From: Camelus ferus
Lineage: Eukaryota
Assembly (NCBI RefSeq): GCF_009834535.1
Contig: NC_045698.1
Coordinates: 4,652,001 to 4,716,000 of the forward strand
Length of the DNA: 64,000 nt
Reading direction: 5' to 3'
Shown: positions 49,386 through 62,949 of the stretch, piece after piece
Layout: each line of letters begins with the position of its first letter
Position numbering within the stretch: the stretch's first letter is position 1
Made by a program: the position numbers and the translations under genes
Notes under the pieces: model-generated
The model's input: only the letters and a program-made list of their open reading frames with translations
Databases searched by the model: none
Told to the model about the DNA's origin: nothing

Positions 49386-49847
49386 TAGGTTGAGAGGATT
49401 CTGTGCTCTGCGGTGGAAACGCCCCGTACAAACTGTCCCCTAGTTGTCACAGCTGCAGTTAGCGCAGGGCGTGGCGACAACAAAGGCAGCGAAGGCGTGG
49501 GGAGGGCGTGGGGCTGTGACACTGCGAGGCCTTGGCCTTGGTTTCCCAGTGTCACTGCTCCTGGGGCCGTCTGTGAAGCTGTATCACAGGGCCACCACTA
49601 ACGGTCCGTCTGTCCATCCCACTTCAGCTGCTGGCGTTTTGCAACAACCAGCCAACCGCCGATGGGGGTGCCCGTGACAAGGTGTCTCCTCTCGGAAATG
49701 GCATCCTGTCTTCCTTGCTCCAGACCAAGGCAGCAGGTAGGACTAAAGCCTTTAACGTCCAACAATGTCCTCAGGCACTGTCTGGGCTCGTCTGCACGTC
49801 TAACAGCGTGTTGCCTGTGTCCCCCGCTCCCTGGGACTGACCGTTTC

Positions 49848-50211
49848 TGTCTTTGTCCGTTGGGGCTGCTGTGACGATGCCACAGGCTGGGGGCTTAAAT
49901 AGCACACATTTGTTTCTTAATGATTCTGGAGGCTGCAAAGTCTAAGATCCAGGCTCTGACAGGGCTGGTGTCTAGTGAGGGGTCCTTGCAGGTGTGCAGA
50001 CGGCTGACTTCTCCTTGTGCCTTACCCTGGCAGGGAGCGAGGGAGAGAAGAGGTCATCTCTGTCTGTTCTTAGAAGGGCACTAATCCCACTCATGGGGGC
50101 TCCACCCTTGTGACCTAATCACCCCCCAAAGGCCCCACCTTCAAACCCCATCCCCTGGGGGTTAGGCCTCAACATGTGAGTTCTGGGGACACAAACCTGA
50201 GGTCCACAGCA
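49848..50211 (-). mobile_element. MaLR LTR (MLT1A-like)
   Basis: tgtctt...ggggctgctgtgac...ttctggaggctgcaaagtctaagatc...tgacctaatcacc...ggtccacagca. Confidence 0.85.
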
Positions 50212-52049
50212 ATCACAAAAACAGCTTTCCTGACCTAAGCAGACACATACAGCAGGCTCCCCACCCCAACCCTACACCCAAACAAATGGCCCAGTGTTCC
50301 TCCCAGAGATAAATTCTGTAGCTTCGTTAAAATACTAGAAAAAGGTGCAGGCAACTTGTAAGAACAGCGCTTTCCTCGCCTCACATTATTGTTCTTCAAG
50401 GTTTTGAGGGGACGAGACCCCAGGGGTGTTCTCTTTTTGGCTCCCCGCTCTAACCCGGCAGCCTACCCCTCATTCTAACTCTGGCTGACCCTCCCAGACT
50501 CCCCTCTCCCGTCTCTTTGTGCTCCCAAGTCTCCTGCCTGAAGTTCCCTGGTAACAACAAGCAAACGAATGCCCCTAGTCTTGCTAAGGCTTGAAAGAAG
50601 AACTTTCTGGAAAATCCTCCAATGTGTTAAAACGTGGGGTGTTTTGCTGAGACCGGAGGGACTACAGGCCGTTCAGCCTTTCATCTCTTCTCACAGATTC
50701 CATCGTTAGCAACAGGTATTTAATTTTGTGTGGCTTCTCTCTTTTCTGAGCAGCGTCTGTGCACAGCCCAATCACACCACATCAGCCTAAATACATCGAA
50801 GGGGCTGCCAGCTTTCCACTTACGTGATCTGTTTTATTAGTTTGTCAACACGCTGTCTGGTAGAAATTGCTGCTGACAGTGGGATGAAGTGTCCCCAGGC
50901 CAGCAGCCGCTGTCACAGGGCGGCAGCAGCAGTGAGAGCGTGCCAGGCGGGGCTAGCTCCAGCGCTCTGCTTCTTGTGTTCTCTCCATGTCAAGCAGCTG
51001 GTAAGACCCCCACCCGATCAGGGCTCAAAGGGCCTCAGAGGGTAGAGTCACCTGTGGAGACAGAACCACTTAGGAGAAATGAACCAATCACTTCACTGGC
51101 TTCGTGACCCCAAGAAAGCAACTGGGGAGCTCCAGTTGGCCTCGGGCCACAGAGGGGACGGGGCTGAGTACCATGATGGGGAAACAAGTGCCCTCCCCTC
51201 TTTGGACGTTCTCCTCTGCCTGTCCTCCATCCCGCACTGGCCTTCAGGATAGAAATCCTGGAATGGAGAACCCAGGCTCTTGCTGGGGTGAGCTGTGTCT
51301 AGCTGACCCGATGAATCGCGCTGGTACAGAGAGGCGATGTGCAGTGGAAAGCAGGAGGATCACAAGTAACTTCAGGTGTCAGGACTCAGGTGACAGCACA
51401 CAGCTGACCCCCAGAGCCTGCCCGGATCTACTCACCTAGAGAGAGGCTCCTATAATAATAACATTTAATTCACTGGATGCTTATCTGAGGGCCAACCGTG
51501 TACTAAATGCTCTTCCGAGCATTTGATATCTTTTCACCCATTTGGTGCTCGATGACCCCGAGAGGCCAGTGCACTTACCGCCCCCTCTTGCAGGCTCTGG
51601 GACCGAGGTGTTTAACCAAGGGCAGGTGAAGCAGCTTCTCCAGGGCTGGGGGGTGCGGCGCCGATGCTGACCACGTGGCCTGACGTCTGGCTGCGATGCT
51701 CCGGACTCAGGACCGCCCTGCACTTCTCCAGGGCGTGTTTGTGACATTTGTTCAAGTTCAGCCTGAAACTGATTGGGAAATTGAATTCACAGGCGATGCC
51801 AGGCAGCCCGCTGTTCGTCTAATTAACCCTGAGGCCTTGGAGGTCTGAGGTTACACGAGCTCCGTGCTCCTGGCTGAGCTCCCGGTGAGAAGAAAGCGCA
51901 GAGACGCTGGAGCAGACGGCCTCTGTCTCAGGTGGACGTGAGGCTCGCCGTGCAGCGCACAGTTTAATCTCCCCTCTCCCGTGGAAAGCTCATCAGATAA
52001 AACATTCCATGAAAAGATTACAATAAACAAAGAGGCAGCAGAGCAGTGA

Positions 52050-52255
52050 GGTGATGGGCTTTGCAGTCAGGGTGGAGCCGCAGGCCTGTCATGCAACCTC
52101 TCTGTGCCTCAGTTTACCCCTCTGTGAAACGGGAATAATAGTTTCTACCCCTAAATGTTGTTACACGGGGGTTTTAAATGAGTCAATATTTGTAACACTT
52201 ATAGGAGAGTCAGGCCCTTGGTTAATGCTGTATAATATTTGCTAAATAAATAAAA
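52050..52255. mobile_element. MIR (another MIR at ~51450-51720)
   Basis: aacctctctgtgcctcagtttacccctctgtgaaacgggaataatag. Confidence 0.75.
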
Positions 52256-53481
52256 ATCACCACATGACCCCATCTGTGGGTTTGAGACAGTTTTGGCTTT
52301 TTTACCTTGTGATTAAATTTATTTATGTTAGACAATTTCTGGTCAAACAAATTAATAATCAAGTCATCCATGGAGCCACAAAGACCGAAAACTGTACAGG
52401 CGAGTAGGACCGAACAGCATCACATTCTCCTGTGTCAGTCACGACTCTGCACCTCCTCACATCCCCTGGTGCCCTGTGTCCTGCCCAGATCCGCCCTCAT
52501 GGTACACCCTGGCTGCCCCCATCTCCACGGCTGCCACCAAGGACTGTGGCTCTTTGCTGACCCTGCCCTTTCTCGGCTCCATCCCTCTCTTGCTGACCCT
52601 GAGACACCCCAACACCCTGGACCAGGGATCTGGTGTCTGCATGGCTGCCTTGAGGGGCCCAGCAGCACGATCTGGAGCACAGGGAGCCATTGACTGTGAC
52701 ATGAGAGACAGGAGAGAGGAGGGGGCCTGGAGAAACCTCCTCCCCCTCCAGCCCCAGCTGCGGGGCCTGCGCTGAGCCCGTCACTCTGATCTCCTGTCCG
52801 GCGAGGCCCCGGGGAGCTGTCCCTCTGTGGCGCGGCACGGCCAGCACGGTCCTGCACTGTCCTGGGTGGGCTTCTCTGCTCCCCTGGCCTCGCTTCCTTT
52901 TCCTCACTCTCACCACTCTTGGGGGAGGCCTGCAGCTCCCCAAATCCAGGGGTGCTTCAGCTTGGCTTTGGTTCTGGTTCCTAGGAAACCTGGTCCAAGC
53001 TTCCTCTTTAACCCCAGATTGTCCTTCCCTTGTTTTGCCACACTTGGTCTGTGCTTCCAAACCCGGCAGGTCCCCTGTGGACACACCCTTCCTCTTCCCT
53101 TCAGAGTCCAGCCCGGTCCAGAGTCAGTTTGAGTTTTAGGTCCTCTGGTACCCATGCCCACTGCCATCACCCTGGTCCAAGCCTCCTCACCCTCCTCCCC
53201 GGCACTCACCTTGACCTCTGCTCTCCAGCTCTCTCACTACTGGTCCCGAATATCTTCCACCTGTTGGATAAGTCATCCTCTTTCTCAAAAGGCCCTTAAT
53301 TACCCTCCAAGCTTGCATAGTCACCTCAAGGAATGTCTCTGAGATTCTGCCCAGTCTGCCTGAACTTCCTCTTCAGAGTTGTCCCATGTCAGTCTTTTTT
53401 TCAGCCCATCTTTCCTGAATTACCTTCCAGGGATAGGCCCTTGGTGATGCCGAGGATGCCAAGGTCCACAACGCAGGGCGG

Positions 53482-53956
53482 TGCATCTGGCTTCTGGGGC
53501 TGCTGCAACAGTCACCGTGAGCCTGGTGGCTGGAAACAAGACGAATGCGTTCTCTCTCAGTCTGGCTGCCAGAAGTCCGACACTGAGGTGTGCGCAGGGC
53601 TGGCTCCTTCTGGAGGTTTGAGGGAGCATTTGTTCCGGGTCTCTTCCCGCCCGGGGCGGCTGCCAGCCGCCCTTGGTGTTCCTTGCCTGGTGGCCGCATC
53701 CCTCCCACCTCCGCCTCACTCTTCACATGGCCCCTGTGTCCCTGTGTGTGGACTCCCCCTCTTCTTACTCTTATCAGAACACGGATCATTGGGTTTAGGA
53801 CCCACCCTGAATCCAGGGTGACCTCATCCAGAGATTATCCTCCACTTAATCACATTTGCAAAGACCCTATTTCCAAATAAGTTCCCATTCACAAGTACCG
53901 GGGTTTAGGACTTGGACGTATCTTTTTTGAGGGGGACCCAATTCAACCCTCTGCAG
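53482..53956 (-). mobile_element. MaLR LTR (MLT1C-like) within L2 remnants (~52800-53320 and ~54010-54265)
   Basis: ggggctgctgcaaca...cagaagtccgacactgaggtg...aatcacatttgcaaagaccctatttccaaataag...aattcaaccc. Confidence 0.85.
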
Positions 53957-54531
53957 TCAGACAGTCAGAATATTCTCTTCTCCTCTGTATTCTCGGGAGT
54001 TAGAAGTTAGGCATGTCAGCCGTCCTTGCCCTCGTCAGACTTGCTCGCCTCCTGGAAGAGCACTTCCTTCCCTCATCATCCATCCTTCAAGGCACAGGCC
54101 AAATGCTGCCGCCTCCACAAAGCCCTGCCTCCTCTCCTCTCCCTCCACTGAGAGTGTGCTCAGGTTACCTGTCCGGGATTTTACCCCTAAGACCGTTTGA
54201 AGGCAAAGGATGTCTGTGGTACAGCCCCTTTTCGGTGGTGTGTACTCAGTAAATGCTGAATGCAGTGAGAACTCAGTGCTTGAAGATGACACTTTTTGAA
54301 ATTCTTTGATGTAGATTCTTCTTTTGACCAAAAATGCAGTTTAGATGTTAATTAAAACCAGTTGCATGAATGATCCTCATTAACTGTCTTAACCCTGGAA
54401 GTTTTCTGAGAAAGAGAGAGGCATACAATAGTTTGTATTTAGTAAGTAACATACCATTTTTTTTTAAAAGCAAATATATCTTTGCTCTTAAATCCAATTA
54501 TTCAACTTCGTCTATTAAAAAGTCTTGAATG

Positions 54532-54836
54532 CCATAGAAGACAAACTTACGGTCACTGGGAGAAAAGGGGATGGGACGAGATAAACTGGGAGTTCGAGAT
54601 TTGCAGATACTAATACATATAAAATAGATAATCAAGTTTATACTGTAGAGCACAGGGAACTATATTCAATCTCTTGTAGTAACTTACAGTGAAAAAGAAT
54701 TGAAAACAAATACATGTATTCAAGTATCCGTCTGACTGAAGCTTTATGCTCTGCACCAGAAATTGACACAACATCGTAAACTGACTGCGCTTCAGTAAAA
54801 AAGCTAAACTGTAAACTGTAAAAATAATAAAATAAT
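54532..54836 (+). mobile_element. Short 5'-truncated L1 3'UTR with 13-bp TSD
   Basis: TSD AAAGTCTTGAATG at 54519-54531 and 54837-54849 in a canonical TT/AAAA site; homologous to 22950-23210. Confidence 0.9.
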
Positions 54837-55459
54837 AAAGTCTTGAATGTAGTCAATTTTAGATGTTTCTTCTTTTTTCAGCATAACAATGTTGATGAGG
54901 AAACCCCCCAATTGAATACAAATGAAAATGTATCCTGGCTCATGCTGCTTCCTGCCTGTTCCTATTTGTTTAAAGTAACCATCTGTAGGCGCAGTGACCC
55001 ACGTGTCATCGTGATGTGCAAACATGAGTAGCAGCTGATCCCGTAATTTCTTACATTGAGAAACTTTCCTGGGTTCTTCTCAGCTACATCTGTTGCTACA
55101 AGTTTTACTGAAGCGTTCATGGCTTGGCTTCTGTATCACTAAGTCTTCGGCATTGGTCAGGACGGCTGTGAGCATTTATGGACAGTTCCTCAGGTGCCTT
55201 TCTCTGGAGAGATGGCCAAAGTTCTTCTCATTTTGACACAAGATGTGACACCTATCCAGCCCTGAAACAAGCAGAGGGGAAGCGAGAACCCATGTGGTTG
55301 CTCTTTACAGAAAAGATTGGAGAGACATTATTTCAAGCTTTTGACCTTTGTTTTAAAAGAATAGATGTTTTCAACTGATACTAAATGCACGTAGCAAGAC
55401 ATGCCTGACGTTTGGTTCTTTTCTATCTTTGAGAAGATATTCTGCCTCTTAGAACTAAA

Positions 55460-57640
55460 TTGGCGACATAGCTCACATACTGTTTTGGACTTTGCTTTGT
55501 TCCCTAACAATGTATCTAGGAGCTTTTTCTATCAAAGTTCTATTTAAGTACAGAACTGCTACATTCTCTTTTACATCTGCCTAAGTTTCTTAGCAGGAAT
55601 GTACCAACATTTATTTAACGGTTACATACTGAAGAACTTTTGGTTTTTGAATCTTTTGTTCATACAAATGGGTGTTGCTGTAAAGATCCTTGTAAATACA
55701 CCATCTCAGATGAGTATGCACATTTCTGTAAGATATATTCTAAAAACGTGTTTGCTGGGTCAAAGTTGACATGCTCCTCAAACTTTGGATCCAACTGCCA
55801 AACCATTCTTCAAAGAAATTGCACCAGTTTATACTCTCACTGGTAATATGATGGTACCTGTTTCTCCACATGCCCACCAGCGCAGTGTACTACCAGACAG
55901 TTAGATTTTTGTGACTCTAATAGGTACAAAATTGTATGTCCCCCAAGTTTTAATTTGCATCTCTCTTTGGGTGAGGTGTGTTCATTTGCTTGTCTATTCC
56001 TTCTGCTAATATTAGTTGAGGGCTCACTGTGCACAGGTACTGTCCTGTGCACAAGTAATGTAGCCCTGAACAGACTGAACCCCAAATTCCCTGTTCGCAA
56101 GAAGTGAACATTTTAGGCAGAGGAGACAGGCAAAGGAGAAGTAAATATGGGAAATATAAGATGGTAATAAGTCCTATGAAGACAAAGAAACCAGGGAAGG
56201 GAGCTAAAGAGTGCGGGGGAAGGGGGATGGCTTGTAGCTTTCAACGAGGGTGAGGGAAAGACCCCTGAGTAGTTGCCATTACCGCAAAGCCCTGATGGGG
56301 GCGGTAGGGAGAGAGCCACGTGGGATTCCAGGGAGACTATCCAGGAAGATGGGGCAGCAGGCATAGGGGCTTAGAGACGTGCTTGGCATCTGTGCCAAAA
56401 TCACTTGGTTATGCTGTGGATTCTGTGGGTCAGGAATTTGGACAGCCACAGCGGGGATGTTTCTCTTGCTCCTTGGAGCTGGGGGCCTCAGCTGGAGAGC
56501 ATGAGTAGTTGGGCTAACTTGAGGTCAAAAGCTGAGATTATCGGAGGCCTCTTTGCTCACACGTTGGCACCTGGGCTAGGAGGACTTGACAGCGGGGCTC
56601 AGGGGGACTGTCAAGCAGGGTGCCTCCATGTGGCCCCTCCATAACACCTGGGCTTCCTCCAGCTCAGTGAGGAGCTTCTGAGGGAGCACACTCTGCGATC
56701 AGATGTTCCAAGAGCACCAGGTGGAAGCTGAAGGGTTTTTATGACCTAATCTCAGAATTCATAGTCTGTTGATCAAAGTAGGCACACACCCAGGGGAGGG
56801 GCACGGGAGAAATGAGGTCATATCTAAGCTGGAATTTGACCAGATATCTGGGTACCATAGTTTGGCCAAGTTGACAGACAAAATTCACCACCACCGGCAA
56901 TATTGTTGCTGCCACCTTTGGGAAAATCTTCCACGTCATGCTTGAGGGAGAACAAGGAGGCCAGGACAGTTGGAGTGAGAGCAGTGGGGGGCAGTGTGAT
57001 AGGAAAGGAGGTTAGAGAGGTTGTTGGGGTTCAGATGTTTGGGCTTTGGAGCCACTGGACTTTGGCTTTGACTCTGAGTTGGGAAACCAATATAGGGTTA
57101 TATTTAAAAAGGGTTACTTTCCTTGCCTCATGAGGAATAGTACAAAGAACAAGTATGGAAAAAGAGGATTCAGTTAGGAGTTGCAAGAATCCAAGTAAAG
57201 GTCATGATGTTGAGAAGTGGGTAAGATTTCAGATCCTTTCAGAAGACAGAGTCAATAGGACGCATTGACATATTAAATATGATGAGGGGAAGTGAAAGAA
57301 AAGAATCAGGGTGGTTCCAAGTTTTGAGTGAGAAATGGAAGGATAGATTGGAGAAATTTTTCATATGTTTCAGAATCATTTACGTTTCTTGTTCTGTAAA
57401 CTGTTTTATTATATACTGTGCCCATTTTTTCCTATTGCATTGTTGGCTTTTTTCTTAAAGATTTATTGCAACTCATTATGTATTAAGAAGATAAAAACTT
57501 TTATTTGTGAAATAAATTGCAGATATTTTTTCTAGTTCCCCATTTGTTTTATAACTTTGGGCTTTACTGCATAGAATTATTGTTATTATTGTTTGCTTTC
57601 TGCAGTGTGTTTATCTGTCTTTTATGACTTCTGAATGGAC
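55460..57640 (-). mobile_element. Nested old repeats: L1ME-like (~55460-55990, ~57360-57640), L2 (~55995-56370, ~56935-57350), MLT1 (~56385-56800) and an MLT2-like tip (~56830-56892)
   Basis: gaaattgcaccagtttatactctcac (L1), gtgcacaggtactgtcct (L2), tctgtgggtcaggaatttgg (MLT1), gccaagttgacagacaaaatt (MLT2). Confidence 0.6.
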
Positions 57641-58184
57641 ATGCTCTAATATTGTTATGGGAATGAGCAAGATATGTGGCCAATTTCTTTGCATAGAAAC
57701 ATTTTCCTTTTCCATTATGATTGGAAAAAAATTGTGTAAACTAAGATTTAGGAGTAATAATTGTAATTTATAAGTTTATAAACACAATTTTAAGCACTAT
57801 CTTTACCATTTCTTCTGAAGCTCTATAAACAGAACAACTCTGTATTAAACTGGCTTGAATTGATTTTTTTTTTTTTGCCTAGGGACAGTTTCTATTTAAT
57901 GCTTTTCTCCCTGTGTAAGGGTCACACTTCCCTGCTTCTTAGGATGCGCCGTAACTGTGTTTCACTTCTTGCTGGTGTGGGGCCTTTGGATCAGGTGGCG
58001 GTAGCATTAGGGTCTCTTCAGGTCTTTCTTGGACACACACATAGTTATTCCCCAAATCTTCCTCTTACGTTTTTTGGCTAGTCTCTTGTTCGTCCCCTTA
58101 GGCAGCTGCAATGTTAAACACTTGCCACCGGTTGTTTTAAACCAGGCCTGAATTGACTTTTGATTCCTAGCTTTACTCTTTTAA

Positions 58185-60925
58185 AAAACGTTTTTTTACT
58201 TGAAGTATAGTTGTTTTACAATGTTGTGTTAGTTTCAGGTTAGACTTAGTTATATATATACATACATACATGTATAACTAAAAATTAAATTTTTTTTGTT
58301 CCAGTTCTGTGAAAAATGCCATTGGTAATTTGATAGGGATTGCATTAAGTCTGTATATTGCCTTGGGTAATATGGCCATTTTAACAATATTGTGTCTTTC
58401 AATCCAAGGACATGGTATATCTTTCCATCTGTTTATGTCGTCTTCAATTCCTTTCACCAGCATCTTATAGTTTTCAGAGCACAGGTCTTTTTCCTCTTTA
58501 GGTAGGTTTATTCCTAGGTATTTTATTCTTTTTGACGTGATGGTAAATGAGATGGTCTTCTTAATTTCTTTTTCTGGTATGTTGTTGTTAGTGTATAGAA
58601 ATGCAACAGAATTCTGGGTATTAATTTTGTATTCTGCGCCTTTACCGAGTTCATCAGTGAGTTCTAGCAGTTTTTTGGCAGCATCTTTAGGATTTTCTAT
58701 GTATTGTATCATGCCATCGGCAAACAGTGATGGTTTATTTCCCCTTTTCCAATTTCGATTCCTTTTATTAATTTATTTTTTCTCCGATTGCTGCGGCTAT
58801 GACTTCCAAAATTATGTTGAGTAAAAGTGGCAAGAGTGGGCATCCTTGTCTTGTTTCTGATCTTAGAGGAAATGCTTTCAGCTTTTCACCATTCAGTGTG
58901 ATGTCAGCTGTGGGTTTGTCATATGTGGTCTTTATTATGTTGAGGTATGTCCCCTCTGTGCCCACTTTCTGGAAAATTTTATTAAGAGCTTTTTCTACAT
59001 CTATTGACGTAGTCACATGGTTTTTGTTTTTCAGTTTGCTAATGTGGTGTATCACATTGTGTGGTTTGTGGATATTGAAAAATTCTTGCACGCCTGGGAT
59101 AAATTGCCCTTGATCATGGCAGCATGATCCCACTAATGTACTGCTGGATTTGTCTGGCTAGTATTTTGCGTCTGTGTTCATCAGTGATACTGGCCTGTGA
59201 TTTTCCTTTTTCTGTAATATTTTTGTTTTGCTAGCAGAGTGCTGGTGGACTCATAGAATGGGTTTGGAAATCTTCCTTCTTCTTCAGTTTTTTGGAATAG
59301 TTTCAGAAGGATATGTGTTGACTCTTCTCTAAATATTTGGTAGAATTCACCTGTGAAGCCATCTAGTCCTGGACTTTTGTTTGGTGGGAATTTTAAAGTT
59401 ACTGATTCAATTTCAGTCCTGGTAATTGGTCTGTTCATATTTTCTATTTCCTCCTGGTTCAGTCTTGGGAGATTGTACCTTTCCAAGAATATGTCCATTT
59501 CTTCTAGGTTGTCCATTTTATTGGTGTATGGTTGCTTGCAGCAGCCTCTTGGGATCTTTTGTAATAAGATGGTGTCAGTTGTAACTTCTCCTTTTCCATT
59601 TCTGATTTTATTGACTTGGGCTCTCTCCCTTTTTTTCTCAATGATCTGGCTAAAGGTTTGTCAATTTTGTTTATCTTTTCAAAGAGCCAGCTTTTAGTTT
59701 CATTGATCTTCTCTATTTTTTAATTCTCTATTTCATTCATTTCTACTCTAATATTTATGATTCCTTTCCTTCTACTAACTTTGGGTTTTGTTTGTTCTTT
59801 CTCTAGTTGCTTTAGGTGTTAAGGTTAGTTTGTTTATTTGAGATTTTTCTTGTTTCTTGAAGTAAACTTGTATAGCTATAAACTTCTCTCTGAGAACTGC
59901 TTTTGCTGAGTCTCATAGGTTTTGGGCTGTCATGTTTTCATTTTCATTTATCGCTAGGTATCATTGATTTCCTCAGGGATCCATTGGTCGTTTAGTAGCT
60001 TACTTTCTAGCCTCCACGTATCTGGTTTTTGAAAAAAATTTTTTGTAGTTATTTGTAGTCTCATAGCATTGTGGCTGGAAGAGATGCCTGATACGATTTC
60101 TGTTTTCTTAAATTTACTGACTCTTGTTTTGTGGCCTATTATGTGGTCTGTCCTGGAGGCTGTTCCTTGTGCATTTGAAAGGCATTCTGCTGCATTTGTG
60201 TGGAATACTCTATAAATGTCGATTAAGTCCAATTGATCTAATGTGTTATTTAAGGTCTATGTTTCTTTACTGATTTTCTATCTGAAAGATCTGCCACTGA
60301 TGTAAGTGGGATGTTAAAGTCCCCTACTATTACTGTATTATTGTCAGTTTTTCCTTTTATGTTTGTAAATATTTGCCTTAATATTGAGGTGTTCTGTTGG
60401 GTGCATATATATTTGCACTTGTTATATCTTCTTCTTGGATTGATTCCTTGATCATTGTGTCATTGTGTAGTGTCCTTCTTTTTCTCTTGTAACCATCTTT
60501 ATTTTAAAATCTATTTTGTCTGGTGTAAATATTGACACTCCAGCTTTTTAAAAAACTTCCATTTGCACAGAATACCTTTTTTCACTCCCTCACTTTTAGT
60601 CTGTATGTGTCTCTAGATTTGAAATGAGTCTCTTGTAGGCAGTAAATGTATAGGTCTTATTTTCGTACCCATTCAGTCTGTGTCTTTTGGTTAGAGCATT
60701 AGCCTGTTTATATCTAAGGTAATTATTGATATGTATGTTCTTATTGACATTTTGTTGTTTTGTATTTGTTTTTGTAGGTCTTTTTCCTCCTTTTCTTCTT
60801 TTATCCTCTTGTGATTTGGTGACTATCTACAGTGTTATGTTTGGATCCTTTTTTCTTTTTTGTGTGTATACCTATTATAGACTTTTTGTTTGCAGTTACC
60901 GTGTTTTGGTATATCAGTCTGATTA
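58185..60925 (-). mobile_element. Decayed LINE-1: inter-ORF region + ORF2 EN and RT domains joined to a 3' tip
   Basis: ORF-track fragments 59954-60232, 59181-59516, 58768-59133 and 58278-58712; 3' tip ttgaagtatagttg...acaatgttgtgttagtttcagg at ~58200. Confidence 0.92.
58290..60750 (-). pseudogene. Disrupted L1 ORF2p (endonuclease and reverse transcriptase)
   Basis: Start MSIRTYISIIT at 60750; motifs [49 protein letters not shown]; many frameshifts and stops. Confidence 0.92.
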
Positions 60926-61439
60926 AACTAATCTAATTAAACTGTAGTGGATTATATTTGACATAAAACATCCAGTGCTAAGTATTTATGAATTCAGCTT
61001 TATAAGATTAACAAAGCATTCATTTGGGAATGTGTACTTTTCAAGAACACATGTCGCACAGTCTTTTACCTTTGTAGTAACAAACATCATTTACATACTA
61101 ATTTCTGATTTCACTCTGGATTTGAATTGCATGAAAATGGACCTGCACTTTTTCTATAAGTTTGATAAGAATTGAGCTCAACTCTTCTTCTCAATGTGTT
61201 AAATTCAAGGTACCTATTAACAACATTTAAGGTACATGATAAGGAATCTTGAAAGTTGGGAAATGCCTCTTGCATCTTGCTAACAGTCTTCTAATTCAGT
61301 TACATCACTTAGAGACAAATAATAATTATGTAAATGTTCATACCATTTTCTTCATAATTGTAGTTCTTACCACTAGACTTAGTCTATCTTGGTCATTTTT
61401 CCTGCTTTTTCAACCTGAGCACTAGCAGCACAATCCATT

Positions 61440-61838
61440 CCTGTTTTCTCTGAACTGACTTCTTGTGGGAAAATTGGATTCCCAAGAGACTATGACTTCC
61501 ATCTCGCTCTTTCTGACTCTTCTTATCTCTTGCTTTGAGGAAAACAGCTACAATGTTTTGAGCTTCCCATTGGAATAGCCCAGTTGGCAAGGACCTGAGT
61601 ACAGCCTCTGACCAACAATCCACAAGGAAAGAATCCTGCCAGCAATCAAGTGAGTGGGGAGGTCTTTCTCCAGTTGAGCCTTGAGATGACTGCCACCTGT
61701 GAGAGACCCTGATGGAGGGGACTCAGCTAAGATACAACTGGAGTCCTGACCCTAAAAACTGAAAGATGATAAATGTTTGCGACTTTAAGTTGCTGTGTTT
61801 TGGGGTAATTTGTTATGCAGCAATAGATAACTAATACA
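61440..61838 (+). mobile_element. MaLR LTR (MLT1E/F-like)
   Basis: ccagttgagccttgagatgactgc...tgagagaccctga...ttttggggtaatttgttatgcagcaatagataactaataca. Confidence 0.8.
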
Positions 61839-62949
61839 CCTCCACCACCAATATATAACTCATGCATCCTTCTGCTGGGTGACTCTCCTTGTGCTCCCTG
61901 AAGCACAGGTTAGCTGTTACTTCCTTTGGGAAGCCTCATGTCTGAGACGTGGTTAGTTGTGATTCTCTCTGCTCCCCTGGCATCCTGGCCAAGGGCTTTG
62001 GCATCCTCATCACAGAAAAGTTGCCTGTTTCTTGTCTGTCCTCAGGGTTTCGTGAACAGGGTCTCTTCCCTACTGTTATTTATTCTGCCCTCTTCCAAAT
62101 TGATCAGGATGATTTCTCAACAGGGTGTTTAGGAAACATAAGAACATGGAAAAGTTGTTAAGACTGTGATTTAAGGACCTTAGGGAAGTCACGGGAAATA
62201 TCCTGCAGAAATACCAGTGGTTAGTCGTGAGAAGGTTGACCTTTGTAACCTTCTGTGTGTTTGTTCCTCAATCCCAAACAGTGCCGGCTCTGTGTCCATC
62301 ACTCCGACACCTCACTGTCCAGCCACAATGCTCACCCTCAGTCTGTGATATTTGATCCTGGCTCACAGCCAGTGCTGATTTATTAGAGCCAGACAGTAGT
62401 GCTAGTGAGATTCTCCCAAGAGGGAATCTGTAATTTTGAATGTAAAAGCTCAGGGAGTTGGAGGCCCTGGGGCTGAGTCAGGGTGTGATATTGACACAGG
62501 GCACGTCTCCTTCTAGCTGGAATACAGAGCAGCTCTAATGAGTTCTACAGAAAGCAATTTCTTGGGACCTGGGTATGAGAATATGCTAGAGACATCTGCA
62601 ATGGATAGTGCAGCTGAGAATACACACGTGACCTAAGCTTTGTGTGGAGCTCTGCTCTTGAGCACAGCGATGCCAGGGTGCAATTAATCCACTGGCAGCG
62701 TTGACACCTTGATAGGACTAAAGCATGGTTCCCACTGCTAGAGATCTTCTCAACCTGTTGGAGCTTCTCTGTCTGTTTCTCTAGGATTTTCTTTGATATT
62801 ATTACCTTCTCTACATTGTCCCCTGCTAAGCTGGTATTGTGTCTCCAGGAAACCCTTGTTTGTTTGGTAACAGGTAGATTTCACTGAATCCTTTCCATCT
62901 TGGTGGGAGCAATTGTCTCTTTACTGAATGAACACTCATGCTGGATTTG

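Noticed and set aside
55500..55519. TTCCCTAAC...AG as the U12 branch point/acceptor partner of the GTATCCT donor at 54930
   Set aside because: Lies in an L1ME-like remnant whose consensus already has a similar cttaac motif; likely coincidental.
1110..62480. About a dozen AP-1 heptamers (TGASTCA) across the window
   Set aside because: Roughly 8 are expected by chance in 64 kb, so no clear enrichment.
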